The notes under the pieces: generated by a model
The model's database searches: none
What the model was told of the DNA's origin: nothing
The model's input: the letters and a program-made list of their open reading frames with translations, nothing else
Made by a program: the position numbers and the translations under genes
Part shown: in pieces, positions 39,222 to 52,281 of the stretch
Numbering within the stretch: position 1 is the stretch's first letter
Layout: each line of letters starts with the position of its first letter
Assembly: GCA_030390025.1 (NCBI GenBank)
Contig: CM059433.1
Span: 20,896,001 to 20,960,000 of the forward strand
Origin: Squalus acanthias
Lineage: Eukaryota
Length of the DNA: 64,000 nucleotides
Direction: 5' to 3'

Positions 39222-40083
39222 TATTTTTAAAAATTCGTTTTTATGGGATGTGGGCATCGCTGGCAAGGTCAGCATTTATTGCCCATCCCTATTTGCCCTC
39301 GAGAAGATGGCGGTGAGTCCCCTTCTTGAACCGCTGCAGTCCGTGTGGTGAAGGTACTCCCACAGTGCTGATAGGGAGGGTGTTCCAGGATTTTGACCCA
39401 GTGATGATGAAGGAACGGCGATATACTTCTAAGTCAGGATGGTGTGTGACTTGGAGGGGAACTTGGAGTTGGTGGTGTTCCCATGTGCCTGCTGCCCTTG
39501 TCCTTCTAGGTGGAAGAGTTCGTGGGTTTGGGAGGTGCTGCCGAAGAAACCTTGGCGAGTTGCTGCAGTGCATCTTGTAGATGGTACACACTGCAGCCAC
39601 GGTACACCGGTGGTGGAGGGAGTGAATGTTTAAGGTGTTGGATGGGGTGCCAATCAAACGGGTTGCTTTGTCCTGGATGGTGTCGAGCTTCTTGAGTGTT
39701 GTTGGAGCTGCACTCATCCAGGCAAGTGGAGAGTATTCCATCACACTCCTTACTTGTGCCTTGTAGATAGTGGAAAGGCTTTGGGGAGTCAGGAGGTGAG
39801 ACACTCGCCACAGAATACCTAGCCTCTGACCTGCTCTTGTTGCCACTGTATTTATGTGGCTGGTCCAGTTAAGTCTCTGGTCAATGATGACCCCCCAGGA
39901 TGTTGATGGTGGGGGATTCGGCGATGGTAATGCCGTTGAATGTCAAGGGGAGGTGGTTGGATTCTCGCTTGTTGGAGATAGTCACTGCCTGGCACTTCTG
40001 TGGCGCGAATGTTACCTGCCACTTATCAGCCCAAGCCTGAACGTCATCCAAGTCTTTTTGTATGCGGGCATGGACTGCTTCAT
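39222..40083 (-). mobile_element. LINE family B, 5'-truncated
   Basis: ORF 39289-39846: ATRAGQRLGIL...YKAQVRSVMEYSPLAW. Confidence 0.9.
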
Positions 40084-40502
40084 GTCCATCCCACCCCATG
40101 GAACTAAGTATTAATCACAAGTAGAAATAATTCTACTGACAAAGCGTTGATGAGAAATGTTGGCAGTTTTGTAATTGATTGCAGCTTTTGTGAACTGGTG
40201 TAATCCCAAAATCTTTTATTAATTTTACTGAAGCACATTTCTTAACTAAGTTAAACACATTTCTTCGTGCCAATAAAGTGCCACTATGGGAAAAATCCTA
40301 ACATATGTTCACAGTAATAATAAGACAGGCTTCCAGAAAGAACAGCCTTTTGACTTGCGGGTATTCGAATTGCTAGATAGAAATAAGAAGAATCACAAAT
40401 GCTGCAAATCTGAAACAAAAATGGGAAATGCTGGAAAAACACAACATTGGAAATATAAAGAGACAAATGTTTCAGGTGGGGTTGTGTACTAACTTACCTT
40501 AT

Positions 40503-41204
40503 CGCAACCTTGGTGTCATATTTGACCCTGAAATGAGCTTCCGACCACATATCCGTACCATAACTAAGACCGCCTATTTCCACCTCCGTAACATCGCCCG
40601 TCTCCGCCCTTGCCTCGGCTCATCCGCTGCTGAAACCCTCATCCACGCCTTTGTTACCTCTAGACTTGAATATTCCAATGCACTCCTGGCTGGCCTCCCA
40701 CATTCCACCCTACGTAAACTTGAGGTCATCCAAAACTCGGCTGCCTGTGTCCTAACTCGCACCAAGTCCCGCTGACCTACATTGGCTCCCGGTTAAGCAG
40801 CGCCTCGATTTCAAAATTCTCATCCTTGTTTTCAGATCCCTCCATGGCCTCGCCCCTCCCTATCTCTTTAATCTTCATCAGCCCCACAACCCCCCAAGAT
40901 ATCTGCGCTCCTCTAATTCTGCCCTCTTGAGCATCCCTGATTATAATCGCTCAACCATTGGTGGCTATGCCTTCTGTTGCCTAGGCCCTAAGCTCTGGAA
41001 TTCCCTGCCAAAACCTCTCTAACTCTTTCCTCCTTTAAGACGCTCCTTAAAACCTACCTCTTTGACCAAGCTTTTGGTCACCTGCCCTAATTTCTCCTTA
41101 TGTGGCTCGGTGTCAAATTTATTTTGTCTTATAATACTCCTGTGAAGTGCCTTGGGACGTTTTACTACGTTAAAGGCGCTATATAAATACAAGTTGTTGT
41201 TGTT
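40503..41204 (+). mobile_element. L2 LINE 3' fragment
   Basis: RNLGVIFDPEMSF...AYFHLRNIARLRP...SRLEYSNALL; (TTG)n tail. Confidence 0.92.
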
Positions 41205-42059
41205 CTCTTTCTAAGGCTTTTTGAACATTTGCTGAGTAGTTACATTTTTAATAAAAGTTCAGTAATCTTCTTAAAATGTTACTTGTAAGAAAACTCGCTT
41301 AAAGTTGTGGACCATTGGTCATCTTTTGCCATCCACCACTCCTGCTTTTAGAAACTGTCAAAAGCTAGATCTTATTGTTGGAGATAACAGAGGGTGACAT
41401 TCTTCTATCTGCTATTTTCAGGACAGCATCAACCTGTTTAAATGAAATGGGTTAATGGGTCTGTGTTAAAATACCAGACAAAGCAACCTTATATGAGCAT
41501 GTTAAGCACTCAACCACTATTATCGCCAGCAATAACTTCTGGTCTCAGAAGAGGAGGTGTTGCCCCCCTGAGGTGATACAAGGTGAGTTTAAGTGATGAG
41601 CTGATGGTGAGCCCCAACACTTTTAACACTGACACATTGATTTGTATGTAATTATCACTCTGGGTTTTGCGGAACATGCACTGGTTAATATGGGAGGCGT
41701 ATTTGGAGAACAGTAGACTTAGCGACGCTTCAGGATTTCGAGATAATTTTTTTTTAATGCAAACTTCTGAAGGTTGGCATACGTGCCAATCGGGAAAACT
41801 AGTACAAGCTCGGATTCTAAAAAAGCTGACAACAGATCAATAGCCCTGAATATAGTGTTGATGACATCTAGTTGCACTGAAAATTTGGTGCTGCACAGGC
41901 TTATCCTAACTTAAACAGATAAATCCAAAATTCCATCTGGTATACCAGAACATTGTGGAAACATTTTTGGAATTATGTTGTGAGCTACTGTGGATATTTT
42001 CTGCTGCTGAAATCTGATAAATTGTTTCCAACTTCTTTACAAGATTGTCACAATGATAG

Positions 42060-42720
42060 AGGCACTCCTCTTCCCCAGTGTTTTTCTCCCCATCTTCCCA
42101 ATCAATGCCAGCACTCTTCCTGTTGTCCTTCCCGCTCCACTTCATGCCGGCACTCTTCTTCCCCTGCCCCAGTTCATGTTGGAAGTCCACTTCTCCCTCC
42201 CCAGTTCAAGGTAGCACTCTTCGTCTCTCTCACCAGTCATGCTGGCAGTCTTCTCCCCTTTCCCTCCCTTACATTATTTTTTCTCTCACCAGTTCTCCTC
42301 CTCCTTCTCCACACCAGTTCACAGTGACACTTGTTTTCTCCTCTACCTCCTGCCCCAGGTGATAGATGCCAGGAATGTTCCCTCAATTTTTTTTTTTTTG
42401 GTGTGCAGTCCCTTTAGCTGGCTGCGCGGCCCATTCAAAATTTTGCGCGTGTGTGGTTTCTCCCATTGAAAAGCCGGCGAGCGGCCTGCGCGGGGCCTCC
42501 AGACCACACGCAGCTTAGCGGGAACGTTGCATGCCAGCATCTTTTACCCTTCATCAGTTCATACTGGCACTATTTTTCTTCACCACCCCAACCTTCCTAG
42601 ATCACATTGGAAATCTTTTTTCCACCTTCCCCACCAGTTCATGATGCTCTTGTCTCTTCTCCTCCCCCCACTTTCATTCTTGAGCTCCCCTTCCCTCCTC
42701 ATGTCATGGTAACAGTCTGT
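42060..42720. repeat. Degenerate ~30-bp pyrimidine-rich tandem repeat
   Basis: Recurrent CCCCAGTTCATGCTGGCA-CTCTTC-like unit. Confidence 0.6.
42373..42529. mobile_element. hAT-type MITE, 157 bp
   Basis: Ends GAATGTTCCC/GGGAACGTTG; 8-bp flanks GATGCCAG/CATGCCAG. Confidence 0.7.
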
Positions 42721-45009
42721 TCTGATTCTCTCTTCTGGTGCTGTTCTTTCCCAATTTCCTCCTCACCCCTACCTGAAGTTAGTGCTCAGAGGGCGTGTAA
42801 CAATGCTGTGGGCATGAGAAACAGAATCTGTACCCATATAGTAAAGCAGTTTTGATCTTGTGAGGCGTCTTCATGAAGGATGAGGAAGAGAACTGAGAGT
42901 GAAGTAAAATGAGGTCAGTTTACATTTATAAGTTAGTTTAAAGGTTTATTGGTTAGTAGAGAGTTGGTAAGATTGAAAACCCTGTCAGTGAATGGATTCA
43001 ACCTTTTCAGAACTGACCTGAAAATCCCTGTTCTAAATTTTACTCCAATTTTACTTGTTCTGCAATCACACTGTTCAGTTGCTGTAGATGATTACATGAG
43101 AAGCAAAGTGTGGAGGGGCTAGTACCACTGTCAGCATGAAGATTTCCCTGCGTGGGAATTAGATCTCTCAACCAGCCAATCGGGGACAGAGCCTGCAAAA
43201 ATCAGGGACACATGACCAAAATGGGGGACACCTATACTGATAACTCTCACTGTCCCAGATAGCACACAACATCTCAGTGACGATGGAAGTCATGCACCTG
43301 GGGGCTGATTGGCTGGAGATGTCAGTGATCAGAAAGTCAAGAGAGAAATGGGAAGCACAACTTGGAAAGAGCAATGCAGAGTGTTGATATGAGTACACTG
43401 CACAGTCACTATATATTTCTCAATTTCTTACATAGGGATATTGGTCCTTGAGAAGCTACTGAATCAATGGCAGAGTCGGTGTGCAAAATGCATAAACATT
43501 CTGGACCCATGATGCATTGAACCACAGCCCCATCCATCATGATCTGGAAGAACCAGTGGGTATACCATTGTACTGCTTTCATAGGAACATAGGAATTGCT
43601 AGCTGAAAAAAGACCACTTTCTGCCTAGTTTGCCTTCTACTTCCTGGTAGTTGCATGATACAATGATAATGGAGTTGTTGACTAATGACAGCAGTCAATC
43701 TCTATCAATAAGTCCATGATAGACCCAGGCATGACGTGAAGAAAACCCCAGTGGTGGAGAGCTTTTGGAACTGTAGGTCCAAAGTCACCTGTTCCTCCCA
43801 AGCATGCTGCATGTCATGTCTCAAATTACCCTTACTGTACACTTAACTATTTTTCTGAGAGACTAACACGGTTTCATTTCATCACTTTCTTTTCTTCTAC
43901 GATTTCTCTTCTCTGTCTCTTATTTTTCTGAATGATTTCCATTCTTTTTATCAGTAATTTATCCATTTTTCTCATTCCCTTCTGGGACATAGTGAGCACT
44001 ATGATGTGTATGGCTCCAGGAATTTATATCTCTAGATTCCATCTTGTTGGTCACCAGAGACCTATGAAGTATCTCACACTCTAACACTGCCTAACAAGCT
44101 TTTTCACGTCAGTGCAAATTCTCAACAGTCTGCAAGTCCCTGTAGAAATCAAGGTTTCAGCAGCACTGTCAATTCTCGTTCAGAAAACTAGGGTGCATAA
44201 TCCAGGACTTGTGATGGGTATTGTGGGGAAAAAAAACATTTTAAATGTTCTTTCTTTATCGGAGATATTCCCAGTTTTAGCATAATTTTTCCAGTAAGTG
44301 GAGAACTGCCATTTCTAGCCTTCCTCGTTATCAGGCGAAACTGCATCGGGAATTTGGCACTTGAATAAGGGCATGTCTTAGCCAATATAGGCCGAGGGTG
44401 AGTACTATTTTATACGCGCTATTAATGAACATTGCCAGGTTTGTACAGCACTCCAATCAGAGTAGGGATGAATGCTGATCTGCAGCGTTCCTCACGGGGT
44501 GAGTCAGTGACATTCCCAAAGCTTATGCCAGCATTCTTCTCCTTGGCAAGTTAGGAAAGGCAAAAGTGGCAGATCTCTAAATCTGCTGTTTAGGAAAATC
44601 TCATCAGGGGAAGTGATTTTTATTTTCAGGGGATCCATTTCAGGGGAAGAGGGCTTTTTAAATGTTTTACTCAAAGTATGACGCCTGCCCCACACACACT
44701 TTCCTCCTGCTTCGACTGTGAAATATGTATTATGATGATGCAATCACAGTTTCCTAATAGGATCATTAAATGTTAATTAGCAGTGCACAGATCTGTAAAA
44801 ATGTAAAATAATTTTCCTTGCTCATTAAACTGAAACAACATGATGGCTAATAAAGATTCTCCGAGGTTACTTGGATGAGTATCAGGGCAGCTATTGTTGT
44901 TGAAGCTTCCAGGAAGAACTCAGGAACATAGCTCATCCTTGTGACTACATCTGCAGCTGATAATGGGCCTGATGACAAGATAAATAAAGAGGAGGCTGGC
45001 TATTTGTCC

Positions 45010-46090
45010 CATCTTAACCATCTAGAAAAACCAACAGTCCCCCCATCATAGCATTCAACCATCTCTTAAACAACTCCAAAGTTTTTATCTCCGCTCGTCT
45101 ACCCAGAAGGACATTCCTTGTGTTGATCACACTTTGTGTGAAGAACTCATCTCTGGATATCAGTCCTAAATTTTTCTTACACCAGTTTGAACCGATGCTC
45201 CCTTATGCTCCAGTCCATGTTTACCTTTCAAAGCTGAAGAGCCCAAGTATATCAAATCTTTCCTCATAGCTCAAGCCTCTGATGCTAGGGATCAGTCTCG
45301 TGGTTTTTCTCTGCATCCCCTGCGGGGCTTAAATATCTCACTTGTTTCTCACTGAGAAAAACTGGACACAATGTTCAAAGTGCGGTCTGACCAGAACCAT
45401 GTACACTGTCAGCAGGACATTCTCTGAATTGTATTCTACTGTATCCTACCTCTTTGACCAAGCTTTTGGTCACCTGCCCTAATTTCTCCTTTGGTGGCTC
45501 AGTGTCAAATTTTTTGTCTTATAATACTCCAGTGAAGCACCTTGGGATGTTTTACTACTTTAAAGGCCCTATATAAACACAAGTTGTTGGTGTTGTTGTA
45601 CTGATTTAATAATATAATTTGACGTTCTACTTGCTTTGTTCACTGATCCACAGTGACTGGACAGGTTCTACACCCAGTCTACTAACATCCTTACATCTCT
45701 TTCAACTCCAGCCTTAGCTACTTTGACACCATCATATGGTGTGAACATTGTACATTATTTCTTCCAATCTGCATTACCTTACGCTTATCCTTATTAAATT
45801 TTGTCTGCCACTGCTGCCCACTTACAGATTTTAACTGACTCAACAGATTCAGCTGTGCACCTCTCCAAACTTGTATTGTCTGAGCATTTCGTAATTTGGA
45901 TTTCTGAATCTAAATTGTTAAGTGTAATCACTGGGTCCCCCAAAGTGGATCTTTGTGGCAGTCCATTCCATGCTCTGTGGAAGTATATCTACACCACATT
46001 GTAAGTCTTTTCACAGACCAACTGGGATGTCCCCTCCTCAAAGGAGTCAAATAGATTGGTCAGACAGGATCTTCCATGTCTGAAGTCTAA
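45010..46090 (-). mobile_element. Old degraded CR1 containing an L2 tail (about 45445-45598, plus)
   Basis: 45358-45400 reversed reads LVRPHFEHCVQF; nested L2 tail matches 41053-41204. Confidence 0.6.
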
Positions 46091-46176
46091 TTGTGGAGAT
46101 GCCGGCGTTGGACTGGGGTGGACAAAAATGAGAAGTCGCACAACACCAGGTTATAGTCCAACAGATTTATTTAATT

Positions 46177-46215
46177 TTACAAGCTTTCGGAGCAGTTCGC
46201 TCCTTCGTCAGGTAA
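46177..46215 (-). ncRNA. Minimal hammerhead ribozyme motif (family A variant)
   Basis: TTAC-CTGACGA-A-GGAGC gaact GCTCC-GAAA-GC-TT-GTAA. Confidence 0.75.
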
Positions 46216-46451
46216 GTTAGCAGTGAGAGAATCTCCCAGAATTCACAATTTAAACACAGACAAAATCTATTCACATCTTTCCCTACATCAAAGAGCACAG
46301 CCAAGACAATGAGATGTGTCCCAGGGGGTCCAACGTGTCAAACCACCTGCTGGCTGCATATCCTGTCAATTTGTGTAGGTTCTTGTGTTAGTCTTTTAAA
46401 AAAAAAAAAAATTAAAAAAAAACACCTGGGAAGACCGGCCATGATGTCAAG

Positions 46452-46613
46452 TCACGTTCTGTATCGTGACATGAACCCGATATCGCGATTGAGGCCATCC
46501 TCATGAGTGCGGAACTTGGCTATCAGTTTCTGCTCTATGATTTTGCGCTGTCGTGTATCTCGAAGGCCGCCTTGGAGAACGCTTACCCGCAGATCCGAGG
46601 CTGAATGCCCCTG
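46452..46613 (-). pseudogene. C-terminus of Penelope GIY-YIG endonuclease
   Basis: Hand translation QGHSASDLRVSVLQGGLRDTRQRKIIEQKLIAKFRTHEDGLNRDIGFMSRYRT*. Confidence 0.85.
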
Positions 46614-46807
46614 GCTTTTTTTTTAAAAAGACTAACACAAGAACCTACACAAATTGACAGGATATGCAGCCAGCAGGTGGTTTGACACTTTGGACCCCCT
46701 GGGACACATCTCATTGTCTTGGCTGTGCTCTTTGATGTAGGGAAAGATGTGAATAGATTTTGTCTGTGTTTAAATTGTGAATTCTGGGAGATTCTCTCAC
46801 TGCTAAC

Positions 46808-46846
46808 TTACCTGACGAAGGAGCGAACTGCTCCGAAAGCTTGTAA
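46808..46846 (+). ncRNA. Minimal hammerhead ribozyme motif (family A variant)
   Basis: Same motif on the opposite arm. Confidence 0.75.
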
Positions 46847-47625
46847 AATTAAATAAATCTGTTGGACTATAACCTGGTGTTGTGCGACTTCTCATTGAAG
46901 TCTAATTGACTGCTGTTTGTCAGGTTATTGTCCCACAGCTAATCCTCAAGATTGTTTGCTGTTAATTGATTCTTTTTCATTCAGGTAATCTAATGCGGTA
47001 CTGAAAGTAAACATTTTCCACATTGTGTAAGTGATAGTGTGGCACAATCAACATTTATAGCCCATCAATGTGGCTCTAAAGTGAATCATCACTGTACTGC
47101 TTCCAAGCATCTTTAATACTTCTTGAGAAATGATTAAACTAATATGACAGCTAAATTACATTTTCAGTTCTTCCAGCAGCACTTGGTTTGAAGGATGCAA
47201 CCTCTACTGATTTATTGCTTATTCAGCCTCATGTATAACTTGTAGTTCACACTTAGTCACTTCCACTTATTTAGAATTGATGTGACACAGATAGTCGTCT
47301 TCTACAGTTAAGTTACTTATAAATAAATAAACTGGTTCTTTGCAGTCAAGTTGTACAGGGTCACAATTTTAGAAGACAAGATTGACAAATATCATGAATC
47401 CTTTAAGTTACTTTCTGTCATTTATTATGAAGAAAGTGCAACTTTCAACTGCTAATCCCAATCTGTATGACAAACCATAGGCCAATTGTCGACCACCAGA
47501 TTAATCATTGTAGCCACTATTTTGATTATTATACTAATATTTTAAGATTACTGTTTGTTAATTAACACTTACTTTTCAATAGTACTGAAAATTAAATCTG
47601 TCTGTCTATCAAGTATGGATAATAT

Positions 47626-48198
47626 GGGTATTCTGCGGCGAGTGTCTCACCTCCTGATTTCCCAAAGCCTTTCCACCATCTACAAGGCACAAGTCAGGAG
47701 TGTGATGGAATACTCTCCACTTGCAGCTTCAACAACACTCAAGAAGCTCAACATCATTCAGGACAAAGCAAGCCCGCTTGATTGGCCCCCCACCCACCAC
47801 CTTAAACATTCACTCCCTCCACCACTGGCGCACCGTGGCTGCAGTGTGTACCATCTACAAGATGCACTGCAGCAACTCGCCAAGGCTTCTTCGGCAGCAC
47901 CTTCCAAACCCGCGACCTCTTCCACCTAGAAGGATAAGGGCAGCAGGCGCATGGGGACACCATCACCTCCAAGTCACACACCATCCTGACTTGGAAGTAT
48001 ATCGCCGTTCCTTCATCGATGCTGGGTCAAATTCCTGGAACTCCCTCCCTAACAGCACTGTGGGAGTACCTTCACCACACAGACTGCAGCGGTTCAAGAA
48101 GGCGGCTCACCACCACCTTCTCAAGGGAAATTAGGGATGGGCAATAAATGCTGGCCTTGCCAGCGATGCCCACATCCCAGGAACGAATTTTTAAAAAA
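47626..48198 (+). mobile_element. LINE family B 3' fragment
   Basis: GILRRVSHLL...YKAQVRSVMEYSPL; same 3' UTR as 54030-54095. Confidence 0.9.
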
Positions 48199-48412
48199 TT
48201 GGACAAATGTCAAAAGTAACATTGAACATTTCTGCCATTATTTGCTCTCCTGTTTATGCCTTCAGCTCTGCACCTCGCTCCACCCATTATTTGTGTTAGT
48301 ATTAGGGTTGAGTACAAATCAGAGCCCAACCTCCAAACTAATCTGAATTCAGTTGCCTCTTGTTTTCTTAACAGGAATCCAGAACTGAATCAACCATTAT
48401 GCTGCCAGGAAT

Positions 48413-48495
48413 GGTAGCATAGTGGTTAAGTTGCTTGACCAGTAATCCAGTAGACTTGGACTAATGATCCAGAGATGTGAGTTCAAATCTCACCA
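48413..48495 (+). promoter_or_regulatory. tRNA-like Pol III internal promoter
   Basis: A box TAGCATAGTGG (48415-48425); B box in T-arm GTGAG-TTCAAAT-CTCAC (48477-48493). Confidence 0.7.
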
Positions 48496-48906
48496 CAGCA
48501 GCTGGGGAATTTAAATTCAGTTAATTAAACAAATCTGGAATAAAAAGCTAGTATCAGTAATGGTGACCATAAAACTATCAGATTATCATATAAAACCCAT
48601 CTGGTTCACTAGTGTCCTTCAGGGAAGAAAATCTGCTGTTCTGGACTGTATGTGACTCCAGACCCACAGCAATGTGGTTGACTCTTAACTGCCCTCTGAA
48701 ATGGCCTGGCAAGTCACTCAGTTGTACACAACCACGATGAAAAACAATAATAAGAATAAAACCATACGGACCACCCGGCATCGACCTCAGACACGACAAT
48801 GGCACACCCAGCACAATCAACCCTGCAATGTCCTCCTCACTAACATCTGGGGAATTGTGTCAAAATTGGGAGAGCTGTCCCACAGGCTAATCAAGCAACA
48901 GCCTGA

Positions 48907-49084
48907 AATAAAAACAGAAAATGCTGGAGATACTCAGCAGGCTAGGCAGCATCTGTGAAGAGAGAAACAGAGTTAACGTTTCAGGTCGATGACCTTTTGT
49001 CAGAACTGGAAAAAAGCAGGAAATGGAACAGATTTTTAAGCAAGTGTAGGGGCTGGGAAAGGGGGGGAGGGGATGAAAGAACAA
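48907..49084 (-). mobile_element. Penelope-like family B insertion (hammerhead core mutated to CTGACAA)
   Basis: 14-bp TSD AAGCAACAGCCTGA (48893-48906, 49085-49098); matches 32075-32260. Confidence 0.9.
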
Positions 49085-50029
49085 AAGCAACAGCCTGACA
49101 TAGTCATACTCAGAGAATCATACCTTTCAGCCAATGTCGCAGATTTCTCCATCACCATCCCTGGGTATGTCCTGTCCCATTGGCACCATGGCATACAGTC
49201 GGGAGGGAGTGGCCCTGGGAGTCCTCAACATTGACTCTGGATCCCATGTAGTCTCATGGCGCATGGGCAAGGAAACCTCCTGCTGATTACCACCTACCGC
49301 CCTCCCTCAGCTGAAGAATCAGTATTCCTCCATGTTGAACGCCACTTGGAAGAAGCACTGAGAGTATCAGGGCACAGAATGTACTCTGGGTGGTGGACTT
49401 CAATGTCCATCACCAAGAGTGGCTCGGTAGCACCACTACTGGCCGAGTCCTGAAGGACATAACTGCCAGTCTGGGCCTGCGACAGGTGGTGAGAGAACCG
49501 ACACGAGGAAAAAACCTACTTGACCTCGTCCTCACCAATCTACCTGTCGCAGATGCATCTGTCCATGACAGCATTGGTAGCAGTGACCACCACACAGTCC
49601 TTGTGGAGATGAAATCCCATCTTCCACACTGAGAACACCCTCCATCGTGTGGTGTGGCACTACCACCATGCTAAATGGGACAGATTCAGAGCAGATCTAG
49701 CAGCTCAAAACTGGACATCCCTGGGGCACTGTGGGCCATCAGCAGCAGCAGAATTGTATTCCACCACAATCTGTAATCTTATGGCCTGGCATATCCCTCA
49801 TTCTACCATTACCATCAAGCCAGGTTACAACCCTGATTCAATGAGGAGTGTAGAAGAGCATCCCAGGAGCAGCACCAGGCATACCTAAAAATGTAGTGCC
49901 AACCTGGGGAAGCTGCAACACAGGACTACATGCATGCTAAACATCGGAAGCAGCAAGCTATAGACAGGGTTAAGCAATCCCATAATCAACGGATCAGATC
50001 AAAGCTCTGCAGTCCTGCCACGTCCAGTC

Positions 50030-52281
50030 TTCTTCTTTCGTATGGCAGTAGCAAAGCAAATCAAATGTCAATATCTAAGTCAGATATCCAGGCCAAAGCT
50101 TCCTTTGTAACAGCGTGGATATCTTGTAGGCAGCCTGCAAATTTCCTCTGAGGGCAGTGCTCAATAATGTGCTCTAGGGTCTTATTAGGAGCTCCACAGT
50201 TGCAGAGATGTCGGGGAACATAGGGTCTAATGAGAGGGAAGAACTGAATGAAATCAGTATTTGTAGGGAAATGCTGTTTGGGAAATTGACGGGATTGAAG
50301 GCCGATAAATCCCCAGGGCTTGATAATCTACATCCTAGGGTACTTAAGGAAATGGCCTTAGAAATAGTAGATGCATTGCTGGTCATCTTCCAACATTCGA
50401 TGGAATCTGGAACAGTTCCCATGGATTGGAGGGTAGCTAATGTAACCCCACTATTTAAAAAAGGTGGGAGAGAAAAAACGGGGAATTATAGACCGGTAAG
50501 CCTGACATCGGTAGTGGGGAAAATGCTAGAGTCCATTATAAAAGATGTAATAGCAGAGCACTTGGAAAACTGTGACAGGATCGGACAAAGTCAACATGGA
50601 TTTACAAAAGGTAAATCATGCTTGACTAATCTACTGGAATTTTTTGAGGATGTAACTGGTAGAATAAATAAGGGAGAACCAGTGGATGTGGTGTATTTGG
50701 ACTTTCAGAAGGCTTTCGATAAGGTCCCGCATAAGAGATTGGCGTGCAAAGTTAAAGCACATGGGATTGGGGGTAAGGTACTGACTTGGATAGAGAACTG
50801 GTTGGCAGACAGGAAGCAAAGAGTTGGAATAAACGGGTCTTTTTCCGAGTGGCAGGCAGTGACTAGTGGGGTACCGCAGGGATCGGTGCTAGGATCCCAG
50901 TTATTCACAATATATATTAATGATCTAGACGAGGGAACTAGATGTAATATCTCCAAGTTTGCAGACGACACAAAGCTGGGTGGGCGTGTGTGTTGTGAGG
51001 AGGATGCAGAGAAACTCCAATATGATTTGGACAAGTTGGGTGATTGGGCAGATGCATGGCTGATGCAGTATAATGTGGATAAATGCGAGGTTATCCACTT
51101 TGGTGGCAAAAACAGGAAGGCAGATTATTATCTGAACGGCAATAGATTGGGAAAAGGGGAAGTGCAACGAGACCTGGGAGTCCTTGTGCACCAGTCGTTG
51201 AAGGTAAGCATGCAGGTGCAGCAGGCGGTTAAGAAGGCAAATGGTATGTTGGCCTTCATAGCGAGAGGATTCGAGTACAGGAGCAAGGATGTCTTGCTGC
51301 AGTTGTACAGGGCCTTGGTGAGACCACACCTTGAGTATTGTGTGCAGTTTTGGTCGCCTTATCTGAGGAAGGATGTTCTTGCCATGGAGATTCACCAGAC
51401 TGATACCTGGGATGGCAGGAATGACGTATGAAGAGAGATTGGGACGATTGGGCTTGTATTCGCTAGAGTTTAGAAGAATGAGAGGGGATCTCATTGAAAC
51501 TTATAAAATTCTAACAGGACTAGACAGACTAGATGCAGGAAGGATGTTCCCGATGGCCGGGGAGTCCAGAACCAGGGGTCACAGTCTAAGGATAAGGGGT
51601 AAGCCATTTAGGAGTGGGATGAGGAGGCATTTCTTCACCCAGAGAGTGGTGAACCTGTGGAATTCTCTACCACAGAAGGCAGTTGAGGCCAATTCATTAA
51701 ATATATTCAAGAAGGAGTTAGATATATTTCTTAAGGCTAAAGGGATCAAGGGATATGGGGAGAAAGCAGGGACAGGGTACTGAATTTGGATGATCAGCCA
51801 TGATCTCATTAAATGGCGGAGCAGACTCGAGGGGCCGAATGGCCTACTCCTGCTCCTATCTTCTATGATTCTATGTTTCTATGATGAGGATGCCTTAATC
51901 TTCCATCAATGGAGAAGGTGGCAGCATCTACCAGGACCGATTCTGAGACAGTTGATGATTGTTCACTGTTTGCGAGGAAGGTTTGATCCTTCAGGTTGTA
52001 CTGTGGAGTCCTCTATAAGGATTCCATTCCATATGTCACAGTTCTTGCAAGGATTTCGCCATCGGTCATCAAGGCTGAGGGGAGATCGCTGAAGGCCTTC
52101 GGTGACGGTCCAATCGTCACCAAACACCAACACCTTGGCTGCCCGTGCTTGCAAACATCGCACCATCACACCTACGCCACGAACATGCAGTCTCCAGAGA
52201 ATACAACCGCTACTCCAGCAAAGACATGCCGATCCAAGCCGACTTGAACAACCTACCACCAACCTGTCTCAACTCTAGAAG
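50030..52281 (-). mobile_element. Vingi/Ingi-like LINE 3' part with inverted 5' segment, split by a CR1
   Basis: Minus: PEGSNLPRKQ...LRIGPGRC...CNCGAPNKTLEHIIEHCP...DIDI* with (GAA)n tail; plus 52124-52285 TPTPWLPVLANIAP; 13-bp TSD GCCACRTCCAGTC. Confidence 0.8.
50206..51882 (+). mobile_element. Young 5'-truncated CR1; RT domain open (50208-51390), then frameshift
   Basis: 407-aa ORF with full RT motif set; small deletion near 51389; ATTCTATG-like tail. Confidence 0.95.

Larger units (their letters stand above)
46094..46895 (-). mobile_element. Penelope-like element 3' end with inverted pseudo-LTR
   Basis: 13-bp TSD TGAAGTCTAATTG (46081-46093, 46896-46908); ~280-bp near-perfect inverted arms around a GIY-YIG remnant. 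Confidence 0.9.

Noticed and set aside
41421..41582. Exon with good acceptor and AAG|GTGAGT donor
   Set aside because: Stops in all three frames; a non-coding exon cannot be supported from sequence alone.
50208..51431. Functional reverse transcriptase gene
   Set aside because: 5'-truncated CR1 without endonuclease or promoter, with a frameshift near 51389.
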